Position numbers and translations under genes: made by a program. Below, in pieces: positions 1 to 14,100 of a stretch of 64,000 nucleotides of DNA. Each line of letters starts with the position of its first letter. The stretch's first letter is position 1. A model generated the notes under the pieces. That model did not search any database. It was not told the DNA's origin and saw only the letters and a list, made by a program, of their open reading frames with translations. The stretch is from Takakia lepidozioides (lineage: Eukaryota; Plantae; Bryophyta): NCBI GenBank assembly GCA_030704615.1, contig CM060733.1, positions 75,950,001 to 76,014,000 of the forward strand. The letters run 5' to 3'.

Positions 1-432
1 ACCATTCTAGACTGATGACAACAATGTAAAATACCACATTAGCATGACATTAAATCATCTGATGACCATTGTAGACTGATGACCTGGACATTAATACATC
101 CACAACCATTTCAGTCTCTACAAACACTATCATTCAGCAACATTCAGCAACATTCAGCAACATTCAACTCTATTCTGCACCATCGCCCACACATGGTTCC
201 CTGTCTGCCGAATGCGCATTCCGCGGCTATAGGCCCCCATTTGCCTGTTCGGACCGTGGTTATAGGGCCATGCCTATGAAAATGATGTGGCATGATGTGA
301 CGTGGCGTCGGGCATGCTGGCGAGGTCGGCTGACGTGGCGTTAGACCCGTCAGCCAACGTGGCAAGAACTGCTGACGTGGAGCCCGCATATGCTCACGCG
401 CTCTCACGCTCACGCTCACGCGGAAGCATCCC
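1..432. mobile_element. Right terminus of a MULE-family element (same end type as 16250) abutting a PPR remnant
   Basis: Ends ...GCTCACGCTCACGCGGAAGCATCCC with TGACGTGG and GCTCACG subterminal repeats, matching ...GCTCACGCCGAGGCATCCC at 16250. The PPR reading frame breaks exactly here. Confidence 0.55.
131..166. repeat. 10-bp tandem repeat (CATTCAGCAA) x3.6
   Basis: Directly visible. Confidence 0.9.
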
Positions 433-1330
433 CCCGACACCACATCACGTTCAGCCATATAGTCGAACACTCCCTTCATACATGTCCACAAGGGTATTGT
501 TCAGAATGACATTTGGTAGAATTGCAGCTCTGACAATGTCACCATGGACCTCTTTGCCCTTTTCCAGAGCTGCCTTGCACACGCATTGCAAATGCACACA
601 AATGTGATGTGGTTGGGCTTCACCCCTTCCCCCATCATTTTGATCATATAGGTCTCCAAAGCCTCATTCGCATCCTTAATGCACCCACATTTGGCATACA
701 TGTCCACCAGGGCAGTGTTCAGAATGACATCTGGTACAATTCCAGCTTTGACGATGTCACCATGGACCTCTTCCCCCTTTTCCAGAGCTCCCAGGCTTGC
801 ACATGCATTGCATACACAAACAAATGTGATGTGGTTGGGCTTCACCCCTTCGCGCAACATTTGCTCATAGGTCTCCAAAGCATTCCTACCAACATTATAT
901 TCCACGTGATCAGCGATTGTTGAGGTATTCTGTTGAACACTTGGTGAGCATCCATGATGCTCCCACGCTTAACATACATGTTGACAAGGGTGTTGAGTAG
1001 AAAAACATTTGGCGTGAATCCACTTTGGATAATGTGAGTGTGCACCTGCTTTCCGCTTCCAGACCTTCCATCTTGATGCACTTAAGCAAGACACAGACAT
1101 ACACATCTGAATCTGTTGAAATGCCTCCTTGGTTTAAAGTCTGTAGAGCCTCTGTCAGTCAGTCTGCCGCACAAAGCATCTTCACATGCCCAGAAGTGCC
1201 AGAAGAGGCATTGTGGACTCCCTATTGTGATCTTCTTTCGGAAGCTGTGGTCATGATTGAGGTGCCTGATTTTATCAATTGTGCCACTGCAGCTGTTGCC
1301 TTTAGTTGACCATCTACTCATGCAGGTTTC
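433..1330 (-). pseudogene. Degenerate PLS-class pentatricopeptide repeat (PPR) gene
   Basis: Motifs GVKPNHITFVCVCNACASLGALEKGEEVH, LNTALVDMYAKCG, AERDVVS split over several frames. Paralog of 44116-46690 (1081-1525 aligns to about 46011-46688). Confidence 0.9.
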
Positions 1331-3139
1331 TTGGAGCTATTGATCCATAGGGAATTATAGGTAATCTGGAGCTTGAAATCCGGCCCTCTTGGATGAATCT
1401 AGACCTATATCCATGGTCCTTCAGCTATCCCTGCCTGTGGACAAATCATGAATACATCCTCAGCCTTGCCGCTAGCAGCTGACACCGACGACAACGTGAA
1501 GTTCTTCCAGCAAACACCCCAACCCTACTAATTACAGTAGTTCCAATTCTGAATTGCATCTCCTTCTCTCTGTAGTCCAAAAGGCATTCACCTTTTTGTC
1601 TCCAATGTCCCACCATTGACTGGGGTCAGAAAGTGTTCATTCCAAAGCTTCTCCTCATCTCTGTTATCTGTTTTTGGATACGTTCCTGCTGCCACATCGG
1701 CAGTAACTTGTCAAAGTCACTCCAAACCACAACAGATCCACCCAAAAAGCTAACTCACAGAATTCAATATGCATCTCAGGGCCGAGTCTGATGAGAGGAC
1801 AAAACAGGCTGAAATAGGTCGAAGAAGGAGGTGCCCTCACCACATTGTCCTTGACCTTGTGTCATGACCCATGGAGAATTTGACCGACCATCAACCCAAA
1901 AGGACCTCTTGAATGTGATGCTTGTGTCGATAGTCAGGTAATGTCGGATTGGTCTGTGAGAACCACCACGGTGTAGCTGAGCAGGCAGAGATTGAAACAC
2001 GGCCTACTAAGACCAAGCTGACTCTCCTGAGAACCTTGTAAACATCAGCCACGTATTGCGATCATGATGAACGGTACTGCAGTGTACATGCATGTGTAGT
2101 AATTATACGTCTGACTAATAGTAGTACTGATAGAAATTATACATATGACTCCACTCATAACTTGACCCATAATATGACTATTAGTAATTGTTAACCGCGG
2201 GGTCATGACTTAGGCGAAATGGGTTTTCAACAATGCATCCTATTTTCCCAAGGCACTCAACAGAGGTTGTCCGACGGTATGTCTGCAGAACGATTACATA
2301 GTAATCGTTAGCACGACAGTGGGAGCACTACCGTTCCACGAATCAACATCCGTGCTGCTGCTTAAGTCCTTGGACTGATTATAGCCTACATTCCACTAAT
2401 AACTAGTGATAGGGGCTTAGGCGAAGCTATACTAGAGCTGCAACTAAATCCTATCGATGCACACAGCAAAGCAATACACTATGTTGCTACTGCAACTAAG
2501 AACTATCCAGAGATGATGCACATTATCTCTATCTCACGTTCTCTCTACGCAGAAGTACTTGGAAAAACATTGCTTTACTTCAGAGTCATCACGTCATAGC
2601 ACAAGTACACATTGGATCCCTCTGATCACACACTGCTATCTCCTAAGTTGCGTGCAGTCCTTTTCTATTAATGCTCGAAAGAGCCGTTTACAGCCTGCAG
2701 TCGTTAATGACCGTTGCCTAACTGCCTACGCAACCTAAAAGGTTTGCCAAAAAAGTGGCCCGTGGTAGTAGCTCGTGGTCGTGTGTCATAATGGCACACG
2801 GCCCACGACCACTCACTACTTGGACTAGTAAAGCCTATGCTTCTCTACTGGACCGTGGCCGTGTGATATCGTGGTTCACGGCCTACGGCTGCTATACTAC
2901 CCACTACTGCTCTACGTGGTAGTGTTGCCCGTCTTCTCCTGCTGCTAAGTGTCGAGCACTTAGCTGTTCCTGCATAGTGGCTGCGGTAATGTGAAGTCGA
3001 TCACTACCCGCCACTGTCATGTTGTTCCCTTCCCCTTCCCCTTTCCTTTTCCTCTCCCTTCACCTCCAGGTCATTTTTTGCCTTTCGAGAGAGTGTTATG
3101 AGCCGGTGTACTTTACAGGCCAAAAAAAAGGAAAAAAAT

Positions 3140-3630
3140 TGCATGTGTGGGATGGGCAGCTGCAGAGGGGGGCGGATATGTCATGAACACGTGAGCGACT
3201 GATTCGGGTCAGGTTCGGGTCCAGGAATATTCCGAGAATATTTGCTGGAGTATCCCAATAATATTAGCATAAAATATCATGGAGAATATTCGAATATACC
3301 ATGAATATCTTGCGTGGGAATGGAAGGAAAAAAAAAACAAAAACAAACAACGGTGTAAGAGATAGGTAGCTGCAGAGAAAACGTGCACCGCACACTGTTT
3401 TCAGGGCATCTGCGGTGCAGATTATTATTATTTTTTTAAATTAAAAATTAAAAATTAAAAAAAAAAACGTGTGTGGGATGGGTTGCTGCAGAGAAAACGT
3501 GCACCGCAGATGCCCTGAAAACAGTGTGCGGCACCACATGCTGTTTTCAGGGCAGCTGCGGTGCATGTTTTCCAAAAAAAAAAAAAAAAAACGGTATGTG
3601 GGATGGGCAGCTGCAGAGAAAACGTGCATG
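3140..3630. repeat. Dispersed ~35-bp motif GTGGGATGGGCAGCTGCAGAGAAAACGTGCA with poly-A tracts
   Basis: Copies near 3146, 3355, 3473 and 3598, with partial inverted copies (TGTTTTCAGGGCA.CTGCGGTGCA). Confidence 0.75.
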
Positions 3631-3993
3631 TTGTCCAAGCCTCAATTCCACTCCGGCTAACTTTTGGGTCTGGAGATGTGCACTGTAAGCTGCTACTACG
3701 CTTAGACTGGTAAGAAAGCTTCATGTAACCAACACACTCATTCTCTCTCATTTCGGCAATCACACATTAATCAAATCGATGCTATAACACGAGGGCCGGG
3801 GGTGGGATGGATGTAAAAGATGTCGTCTACAATGACTGAAAAGAGTAAATTAATCCGCAGAAATAGGCGCCTCTCGCGGAAATACGCCCTGTAAGTTCGG
3901 AATTCAAAGACGACATGGCGTGAGCCTGTGCTGGGCTCACAGGCTCCTGGGCTCACAGGCTTACGCCTCCAGGCTCACGGAATAGCAACCCCC
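3167..3993. mobile_element. Possible non-autonomous derivative of the MULE family
   Basis: Left end GGGGCGGATATGTCATGAAC and right end (rc) GGGGTTGCTATTCCGTGAGC both resemble the 6172 terminus GGGGCTGCTATTTCATGAGC. GGCTCAC subterminal repeats are present; no TSD found. Confidence 0.4.
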
Positions 3994-5865
3994 GGACTGG
4001 AAAGAATGGGACTGGAAAGACTGCAGCTGTTAGCATTCCAGCCATCGAGAAGATTGATCAAAATAAAAATGCTATTCAAGGTGCTTATACTTCAACAGTG
4101 ATGTGTCAATGCCATCTCTCTCCCCCACCCCTCTCCCTCTCTCTTTGAATGTGACCGAGTCCTGGTAACACCGCTCAGGAATAGCTTGAGCCCGTTATCA
4201 TGTTGAAAAACTATGTCTAGAATGGATCCGGAATGTATAAACAGAGACTCACCAAGTTGCAGTGGCAGACGTGGAGGCAAAGGTAATGAGAGGGCTTCCT
4301 CCTCTGAATCGCTTAATGTCCCTAAGAGACTTGGCATTGAGGGATTCGTTGTCATGTGTTGCAGAATCGTCTGTAGGAGTCAACCGCCTGTTCTAGGAGG
4401 GCATTGGCATTATCACAGTAGATCACAAAGGTGTTGCTTGGCATTCTACCCCACTTGCTTCCATGCCTCCTGTAGAAGGGTTCTAGTGTATAGTACTTGC
4501 TAGAGCCCCTGGATTTTAGGGAGCGTTTGTAGAACAACCTTGACACAGGGGAGGGTAGTGGGTGACTGTGGTCAGCTGCAAAGCACGTTGCTACCTTGTG
4601 CTCTGCAGTGTCTAGGGGCCGAATTGTTCAGGAAAGATTGCCCCACCCCATCGCCAAGAAGCTGGAATTCTCACAAGAACCGAAGGTAGATCCACTGGCC
4701 ATGGAGCTGGCACTCTAGGACCACGAATGGAGCCAGTAGCTCTCCACTTTGTCGAAGGAGGCAATATGAAAAACCTCCTAGACAAGGTTAGAGGAGTAGG
4801 TGCTCTTGTGGTAGGTGCTCTTCTTCTTGTCCCAGTAGGTCCACCACCATAGGGAGTTCAAATATAGTTTGGAGATGTCACATTTGCCTTGGGGGTGCGC
4901 CCTTTAGTTGGGTGGGTGCCAATGGACTCTTTTCTCACTCAGTCACCTGCAATTCAGCCCACAAATGGCTTCAGAGTACTGGTTGAGGACAATAATAACT
5001 GTCATTGCAATTTAGGATGTTCCAGAACCATGTTCTTTGGGGGCTTCCAAAGCCTTCGTGGCTTTACTGCCAAGAAGTTCAGCAGGCCCAGGTATCAAGA
5101 TACTGGAAGTAAATATGGGACAAATGTCTTGCATGAAACAATCAGTTAATTAGCTGATCTTGTCAGATGGGTTCCTAATATACTCTGATGTATCATTCTA
5201 CATTTGTTGTCCTACTCTTCCAAAGCCCTCATGGCTTTAGTTCTTAGAAGTTCTACAGGCCCAGTATCAACATGTTAGAAGTAAATGTAGGGAAAATGTT
5301 TTCCTACTCTATCAAGAACAAGCGTGAACCTAAGATCGCATCGGATTGGCATCGTGGACATTTGAGTTGCGCCATCTGCAATGGAACTTGCTGCAGCCAA
5401 AGGGTCTGTACTTGTAGGCCAAGGAACTCCAAATTTCCAAGCAAATACCTTGTTCATCTCCACCATTTGGGGGAACATTGTTTTCATCTCCACAAACCCA
5501 CTCTCCATTGTAGCCACCTTCTTTGCTAGATTTCGCATGGTGGTGCTTGTGTACTGCCAAAAGAATGAACAATCTCAAATATACATGAGCAACCTATACT
5601 CTATACTCTAGTCCAAACTACAAACATAAACACTGAAGGTTCGAAGACAGACAAAATCCACAGCTCAGAGGCTGGTCGCACACGTCGCGTGCAGAACGAC
5701 CTGAAGCGATTCGGAAAGACGAGGCTCGCAAGCTAGCATGCGGAAGAAGCTTAATGTAACGGCTCACTGCAAAAGGACTGCGCAGCCTACGTGCAAAGGG
5801 CGTCATGCAGGCAATACACACGGCAGCACGTGACAATAATTTAATATGCCGGTGCAATAATTATC

Positions 5866-6162
5866 ACCGTCATGGTCTGCCCTCTTGCTCCGCCCTCCTG
5901 GTCCGCCATCATGGTCTGTCGTCATGGTCCGTCGTCATGGTCTGCCCTCACAGTCCGTTGTCACGGTCTGCCGTTATGGTTTGCCGTCATGGTTTGTCGA
6001 CAGAATGTCCATTTGGATGGTCCATTGCCATGGTATGTTGTAATGGTCAATCAACATGTGGGCGCAGTGTCTGGTCCTCCCGAAGATTCCCTGGAAGTCC
6101 AAAGGGTCCATATTGAAGGTCCATCCATTTGTCCATGTGAATGGTCCATATGAATGGTCCAT
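5866..6162. repeat. Degenerate minisatellite (CCGTCATGGTCT / ATGGTCCAT units)
   Basis: Repeated GTCATGGT then ATGGTCCAT units visible directly. Confidence 0.7.
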
Positions 6163-6392
6163 TTTAAGGGTGGGGGCTGCTATTTCATGAGCGGCATGAG
6201 CATGAGCGGAAAAAAAAAAAGCATGAGCAGACCATTGTGAGTCCACGGAAATAGGGTTAGGAGGCACGGAAATAGGGTCATGTGAAGTTGGAATGTGGCA
6301 CCAGTGGACTTGAAATGCAACATTTTATTGCAAATTTTGTGGCAAGCCACGTCTATACAAGTGTGTTCTAACTGTCATAGCCGGAATGGGCA

Positions 6393-9300
6393 CTACTCTC
6401 CTACACCCTCCGAGGAACTTGCCCCACCTTCTTCCTCATCCCCCTCATCCCCCTCATCCTCCGAGCTCTGTGATGCATCAGTTCCACTATGCCTCTCAAA
6501 AATCCCGTCCTCTCCTTGGGGGACTGTCCACCTCACCTCCTGGGAATCTTCTGCGTCTTCTCCCCCACTTTCCTCAGCAGAATCCAACACAAATCTACGA
6601 GCCCGACGGGCTCTAATAGCTGCTGCCTCCTCCCTCATCTTCATTTTCTTGAGGCTTGCCTCGTCTAAAATCTGCTGTACACGACTACGTTCGGAACACC
6701 TCCTAATGGACACCGAAGCAAGCCGGGCAGCATAAGTAGGAAGGATGTACTCCCTTTCTGGACTAGGCATGAAATCCCCCCTGGCAAAAAAAGGCACGTT
6801 CCTCCTGCCCATGAACTCCGGTGTAGACGTCCCTCCGGCAGTACTTGGCATCCTACAGTAAGAACAAATCCACTTCAAGAATGTCAATACCAGCACAACC
6901 AGAAAGGGTTTTCAATGAAATAAGAGAGCGGAGGGAGGTGCCTCACAAAATCTGGAGGCAACTTACAATGCCACCACTCACTCGTAAACTGGGGGCTCCT
7001 CGGCCTCGATCCCAACTTCCTCCCCCTGCTCCTTCTCGGATTTTTCCTCATCCTCCGAGGATGCCTCTTCCTCTTTCGGCAGACATTCAGCCGCTGCAAG
7101 TTCCGAGTTGTGGAGGGCAGTATCTGGCTCGAAGGCGAACACATGCCTGTCGGACAACGTCCCTGCCCACATTGAAGCACCTGAGGAACAAAGCGGGCGG
7201 TTAATAGCTTGCGGCATGCAATTGCAATGGGGCCAGGGGACAAACTGAGCACGTGAAGGCTTACCCGTGCCGCATGTGAGGTCCAGAATCCGCCCTTGGA
7301 CATCCGAGCACGTCTCCATGAGGGTTTGGATGAAAGCAGGGCTCCGGGTCCGGCTGTACCGCCACGGTTTGCCTGTCTTTGTGTCCTTCGGCATACTAGA
7401 GTGGGGCACATAGTTGTAGAGGAATTGCGGAATTTGAACGTAGACCCTCTTTTCACAAAGCAATATGCCTCAAACACCAATGTCTGCACATCCAACAAAG
7501 AAGGGATCAACTCCAGGGTCTACTTAACATACACCACAATATGAAGTGAATGCAATAGATTGATAACTTACACTTTGGCCCTCTGTTCGCAACCCCTGTG
7601 TACTGATGCAGAACCATTTTTTGAGGAGGACCGGGGTGACACTTTTCGGTGTCCACCTTGCCACCGCATTCTCTGTGGTCTTCCCTCTCGTGGCAAGGAC
7701 AACCACACATCCACCGTCATCCAGAAGCATCCCCGCCAGCCCAAACCCGGCTTTCCAGTAGTCCTCAGTAAACCTGTTCCAGGTGGGCACACCATCCAGG
7801 CCCTCCAGCAGCTCCCCATTTGGAATGTTGAGGAGAATCATGTCGCAAGCTCTCTCCACCTCAACCCCCCCCCCGAGTGCTCTTGCAATTCGTGCTCACA
7901 ACCGTGAAGAATTCCATCATGGCTTCAAAACCAGGGGTGTCTTTAGGCTCTGTACCGCCAGCCCTCTTCTTGGCTTTCCCCTTCCGCTCCGCCAGAGACT
8001 TGTTGTGTGCCACCTTCTTCGCCTTGGCAGCGAGAGCGTCAAGGAAGCTCTCATTGACGCATTGGATGATGGTTGGAGGTTCTAGCTTTGGCCTGTGCGT
8101 AAACGTCACCGCCGAATACCGGCGTGTAGGCTCGCCCTCAAATGCCAACTTCTTGGCAGAGCCAGTCCCACTCCGAACTGACTTGGGAACCCGGACGACC
8201 GGTGACTGGGTAGGAGCAACAGTAGTCGCAGAACCTTGAACAAAATCGGCGTCGGAGTCACTCTCTTGGGTCCCCTCCTGCGCCTCCTCCGATGCTCCGA
8301 TGGTTTTCTTCTTTTTGGGTGTTACTGCAGTCACCTGTTTCCTTGTCCTTTTCCTTTGACCTTTACTCTTCTCATGCAATTTCTCCTGAATTCCTGCCTG
8401 AGCAAGCTCTGCCGCTTTCCTGGAGTTCGCAAGCGCTTTTGCCTCTTTTGCACCCAACGGAGGCAGCGGAGCCCGGTTTCGTCGGAATTCAGCATCCAGC
8501 TTCAATTGAAACTCGGATGGGTCGAGCGAGCCGAGCGGAAGGTCCACATACCAAGGGCAATCACGCAAATGTTCCAGATGCCACTCCTTCACAATATCGT
8601 CAGTGTACATGGAGTCAGCCCCAGGGTTCCTCCATGCCAGGAAGAATGGTGGCTCGAAAGACAGATGACCTTTCTCCAAAAGGGAGAACTTACAGTACCT
8701 GCAATCATGAAAAACACAATGAGGTCCGAAAATGGCTAAGTCCCTGAACGGCAATAGGGCCTACAACTGGAATATGGCGCCGCCTTCAGGGCCACCCAGT
8801 CTAGGGACTTAGCCCGAAAATGGCTAAGTCCCTGAACGGCAATACGGCCTGGAACTGGAAAATGGCGCCGAATTTCCAGTTCAGGGCCACCCAGTCTAGG
8901 GACTTAGCCCGAAAATGGCTAAGTCCCTGAACGGCAATACGGCCTGGAACTGGAAAATGGCGCCGAATTTCCAGTTCAGGGCCACCCAGTCTAGGGACTT
9001 AGCCCGAAAATGGCTAAGTCCCTGAACGGCAATAGGGCCTAAAACTGGAATATGGCGCCGAATTTCCACTTCAGGGCCAGCCAGTCTAGGGACTTAGCCC
9101 GAAAATGGCTAAGTCCCTGAACGGCAATAGGGCCTGGAACTGGAAAATGGCGCCGAATTTCCAGTTCAGGGCCAGCCAGTCTAGGGACTTAGCCCGAAAA
9201 TGGCTAAGTCCCTGGACGGCAATAGGGCCTAGAACTGGAAAACGGCGCCGAATTTCCAGTTCCGGGCCAGCCACACTAGGGACTTAGGCCGAAAATGGCT

Positions 9301-9974
9301 AAGTCCCTGAACGGCAATAGGGCCTACAACTGGAAATGGCGCCGAATTTCCACTTCAGGGCCAGCCAGTCTAGGGACTTAGACCGAAAATGGCTAAGTCC
9401 CTGGACGGCAATAGGGCCTGGAACTGGAAAATGGCGCCGAATTTCCAGTTCCGGGCCAGCCAGTCTAGGGACTTAGCCATTTTCGGAGCCCTGACTGGAA
9501 ATTCGGCGCCATTTTCCCTAACACCACTTGAGGCCTCTAACATTCCTGAAATGCCAGGACTTGAAAGAAAGGCAGCGCGTATGTACCTGTACAGAAGGCG
9601 CATTGCTGCTTTTGTCCGCGTTCGGCTGGTCGGTGAACTCGTGGCTCCGGCGAGCATCTGCTATCTCCCGAAAGAATAGGTTGGTTTTGTAGAGCAGAAA
9701 GTACCTCGTCACATAGTCACGTAGGCTCTCTGCTGCAGGAGATAACTCCATCTTGAACTGATGTGCTTGTGTGTCCGCAGCTGCTCTTGCGCATTCGTCG
9801 TACCTGTGGAGATTGTCCATCAGATCGCTTTCCTCAAAAAATACAATGAATCCACCCCCTACAGAGTAGAAGCCCCAAACGAAAAGCGTGGGGAAGTACC
9901 TGAAACCACCCATGTTCATGCCGCGTCTCCACATGATCGAATGTGGGTCCAGAGAGTTTGTCGGTTTGGGGAAG
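6393..9974 (-). pseudogene. Cargo gene copy A, 3' part: K-rich linker, beta-class N4C/N6A MTase-like domain, acidic tail (multi-exon, frameshifted)
   Basis: DMILLNIPNG (motif IV position), LDDGGCVVV, RSPAFIQTLMETCS-GRILDLTCGTG then GT intron then ASMWAG...RHVFAFEPD. Collinear with 48346-50845 (e.g. RWTVPQGEDGIFE vs RWTAPAGEDSIFE). Confidence 0.7.
8725..9517. repeat. ~90-bp tandem array (about 8.5 units) of self-complementary units, inside an intron
   Basis: Unit CCGAAAATGGCTAAGTCCCT...CTGGAAAATGGCGCCGAATTTCCAG...AGGGACTTAGC; the array ends in an inverted partial unit. Confidence 0.95.
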
Positions 9975-10474
9975 NNNNNNNNNNNNNNNNNNNNNNNNNN
10001 NNNNNNNNNNNNNNNNNNNNNNNNNNNNNNNNNNNNNNNNNNNNNNNNNNNNNNNNNNNNNNNNNNNNNNNNNNNNNNNNNNNNNNNNNNNNNNNNNNNN
10101 NNNNNNNNNNNNNNNNNNNNNNNNNNNNNNNNNNNNNNNNNNNNNNNNNNNNNNNNNNNNNNNNNNNNNNNNNNNNNNNNNNNNNNNNNNNNNNNNNNNN
10201 NNNNNNNNNNNNNNNNNNNNNNNNNNNNNNNNNNNNNNNNNNNNNNNNNNNNNNNNNNNNNNNNNNNNNNNNNNNNNNNNNNNNNNNNNNNNNNNNNNNN
10301 NNNNNNNNNNNNNNNNNNNNNNNNNNNNNNNNNNNNNNNNNNNNNNNNNNNNNNNNNNNNNNNNNNNNNNNNNNNNNNNNNNNNNNNNNNNNNNNNNNNN
10401 NNNNNNNNNNNNNNNNNNNNNNNNNNNNNNNNNNNNNNNNNNNNNNNNNNNNNNNNNNNNNNNNNNNNNNNNNN
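9975..10474. other. Assembly gap (500 N)
   Basis: Run of N. Confidence 1.
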
Positions 10475-11169
10475 GAGATGAATCCGAAGTGCACTACCTT
10501 GACAGGTGAAAGAACTCATGTCATTCCAGAAGGTAAACTCTCAGGAGGTATAAAGGGACCATGCTCGTATCTGAGAGGGCGTATTGGACATACCTCTGAG
10601 CCGGATGATGATGGGATGATCTCAATGCCTTGTTGTGCGTCCACTCTTTCCCATGACATAACAAAATTGGAGAGTGATTTTTGTGCATGGATATAGACTT
10701 GGTGCACAAGTTTTTATGTGTCACGACGGATGGATATAAAGGGGAAAAGCACTATTAGTTTCTCCAGAGATCAGTGATAACTGGGATGAGGATGAGTGAT
10801 GGAAAGATGCCAATGAGGAGTCGGAGTTATGAGCTGGGCCTAATAATGATGGGAAAGAACACCCAGCAATTTTGCAACCACATGTTTATACGTCTGGGAC
10901 GGCAACCACCGATTGCTGGTTTGGCTGGATGGGATACATTCACGAAACACCATTCGCAAAGACAAAGACCAAGCATGTTGCCTGTGGAACAGGCAATGCG
11001 TTTTGGATTCCAGAAACGACATCGCTAGGCTTCTAGCTACAGACACGCTACCCCACCACGTTGAACAAGTAAGTCATCCAGGGAGATTGATTTCCCTCTG
11101 TAGTGTCTCCCAGGTCGGAACCACTCCAACCCCACACAAAAAAGGTGTGTTAAGGAATGCACCATGTTT

Positions 11170-14100
11170 TCAATGTTTTTGCAGATCGACAGAGAAATCG
11201 CATGTGGACAACAAGACTTCGGTTCACACACTATTCCGAATTAAGAGGATTGGTCTGATGAAGCTGGATGATTTTTCCGACAGTACTACCACCCAATATC
11301 ATCAAGAAGTGCGAAACAGGAAGAGCTGCAGGCACTTGGTATTCTTTGACACGAGAGGCGTTTCCTGGAGTACATGTATGCGGTAAGCCCGAGTCTGTAA
11401 TCTGTTTACTTTCGAATACATGTTTAGAGTCCCTTCGGAGCTAATCACTACTTGAATGACACCCAATGCCCCAGAGCAAGACATACGAACGGCAGCTGAG
11501 GCAAGCTTAGAGAAGGGGGAAAATCCGAATCTAGTACACGCACCCCCCAACCTACACCAGAGGACCTAAGGAATCAACACCCAAGGGTCGTGTGGAAGCT
11601 GCCACCGAAAAGACACGAAGTTTGAGATTGCGAAGAACCAAAAGAAACCAAAAGCCCCCATGTCACACAACCCCCCAACCTTGCGGTAGCGTTTCGGACC
11701 ACAATAGTAGAATCCTGGACTTGGTCCTGAGTTCCTTCAGCCAGATCAAAACACACTTGACAAGCAGTGCATCCCGGAGAGTGCCAGCAGAGAGAGCAAA
11801 TGCACGGCTGGCATCTCAGATGGTCGACCCCACACAAACAAAAATAACCGCCCCGGTGGCTGAGATATGGAACTCAGATCAAACAGTAAAGGACTTGAAT
11901 CAGTTCCCAACAAAGACAAAGCACCACTACAGGCCACTGGCCCACAGGTGGAAGGGCACCTCAAAGGAATCAGTGATTTGGTGTTTGATAACTGGCTCCA
12001 CAAGGCTACATTTGGAGTCAGAGTGTGTATTCGAACATGCGTTTCTTCTCTTCAAGTATGTGATGTGTTTTCTTTTTTGCAATTCTGACAAATATACTAT
12101 TTGCAGCTCGAAAAGCGCGCCGTCATGGGCGCTGGATCAGACTTTGAAGACTTGAAACATTGCGATTGTTTCCCCTCCCCAAATGTCATTGGAGGCATAC
12201 ATAAGGAAGTGGAGAGGCCTCACCTGGGATACTGTTTTTACGCCGGGGACCACCCCCCCCCCTTGGGAGTTCTCCAAAGATTGTAACTTACGGGTCCAAC
12301 GACTTTGACAGTCAGGTTGGAGGAGAGTGGGCCATGATGCGAGTTGAGTGTGTACAGGTGGAAATGTCATACTTGAGAACAACTACTGTTTTTTGGGAAA
12401 AATTGTGGCTTCATATGGATTGCAATCTTAGATCCAGATTGAATGTCGTTGACGACATTCACTTCTTTGTCTGAGTCATTCTTTAAGCGAGTATATATGA
12501 ATTCACCTGGTTAGGATCTAAGGGTGCAATTATATTGTCCCTTGATTAGAATGATAATTAGAATTGATAGTTCCGTGAATGCGTTGCGGTGACGACATCA
12601 CTACGGAGTTGTTGTGTGGTCCTCAAGTTATGTAAATTTTGTAATGTAATGTACCATAGAGCGCTTACACTGAGGGGTTGATCACTTCATTTTGGCTGAA
12701 TGTCAATGCAGACAATTCAGTTGTTTGCCCATTGTTTTTTTTCTCTTGCCGATGAATATGGAGGCTTGATAAGCTTGTTTTAAGAAAATCCAAAGTGAAT
12801 GTCGTTGACGACATTCAAAGCTGTGTCTGTTCAATATTATTCAAAAGCGACAAATTCAATTTTTCATGGCTTTGGGGAGCTAAAGTAAATTGGTTTCTTT
12901 TTTTTTGTTATTTTTGTGAATGGCGTTGACGCCATTCACATACAGTGATGTTGTGAGGTCCTCAGTGAAGTGATAGGTTCGTTATGAATGTGCATTGAGT
13001 TTCCTGGATGGTTCCTTACTCAATTTCTTTATTTCCCCCTGTGATTTTGCTTCATTTCAGTAATAATTGGCTTCATTCTTGAATGTCGTTGACGACATTC
13101 ACTTCTATGTCTGTGTCATTTCTAATCGCTATTGCATTCACCTGGATTAGGATGTATTTACAGTGTCATGGAATGGAATGTTCTGAATGGCGTTGACGAC
13201 ATTCATATCTGGAGCAGTAGTGTGGTCCTAAAGGTCCCTTGGAGCAGTTGTCAGAGCCATTTCAATCCATGTTTTATTCTTTCTGTTCTACTTGCATCTT
13301 ACTCATGAGCGCTTTTGTGGGGTGGGATTCATCTCCTTTTTTCAGGTACAGAAATATATGTGCTTATGGAAGGAAATCACCTGAGCGGAATTCCGACTAT
13401 CTTGACATTGTGGTCGGACCCTGCAAACGAATCTCCAACCATGTATACTGCAGGGATATTGAAGGACTGGAGTCCTTCTACTTCAGGACTGTGGGTGGTA
13501 CCTTGACTGCCCACCTGAGCACACGACCTTTCAAGAACAGCATATGAAATACTTTGAACAATAACGCTGAGATGCTGGCGCCTTTGACAAACGAAGAGTA
13601 TCAACGAAAACATAGCAACTTGGCTGCAAGGAGCCTGATGCTCAGGGAACGCCGCAGAAGGAAAGAAGGCGGGCCGCACCAACCAAAGACAAGGCTGTTG
13701 ATGTCATAGCCATTATCTAACCAGCAAAGCCAAAGGACAAAGACAAGTCCAAAAGAGAAGGAAAAGGACAAGGGAAGGAGAATGAAAAGGAGATGGAGAG
13801 TGGGCTGGACTTTAGTGCTGGAAGAGATATACCCCGCATCTTCAGTGCGTGTTCGATGCCAAGCCACCCCTTCCCGTTCTGATTCAGCAGGAGAGATGAA
13901 AATTGTTAATGAGGGTTGGCTTTCGATGATGCAGAGTCGAAAGAGAGGATACACTGGGGTGCCATCCATCCCCTACCTGGGACAATATAATTCTCATTCC
14001 TCAATCTGGTGAGAATTCCAGTTTCTTCCTTTTTCTGAATGTTTCGTTGGCAGTATTTCAGTCTCGTTCTTGAAAAACATTCTTGCCATCGTTCTTATAA

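Larger units (their letters stand above)
6172..9974 (-). mobile_element. Element A: MTase-side arm of a ParB-MTase-carrying MULE-like element, running into the gap
   Basis: Terminus GGGGGCTGCTATTTCATGAGCGGCATGAGCATGAGC; contains exons homologous to the element B cargo gene. Confidence 0.65.

Noticed and set aside
1857-3090. Possible LTR or other repeat fragment
   Set aside because: No partner repeat, PBS, TSD or coding motif could be confirmed.
4000-5600. Short ORFs and a degenerate ~85-bp direct repeat (about 5045 and 5218)
   Set aside because: No recognisable protein family; insufficient support.
9086-9679. Repetitive short ORFs
   Set aside because: Translations of the 90-bp satellite.
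9518-10696. Long ORFs of 188-333 aa
   Set aside because: Artefacts of translating through the N gap.
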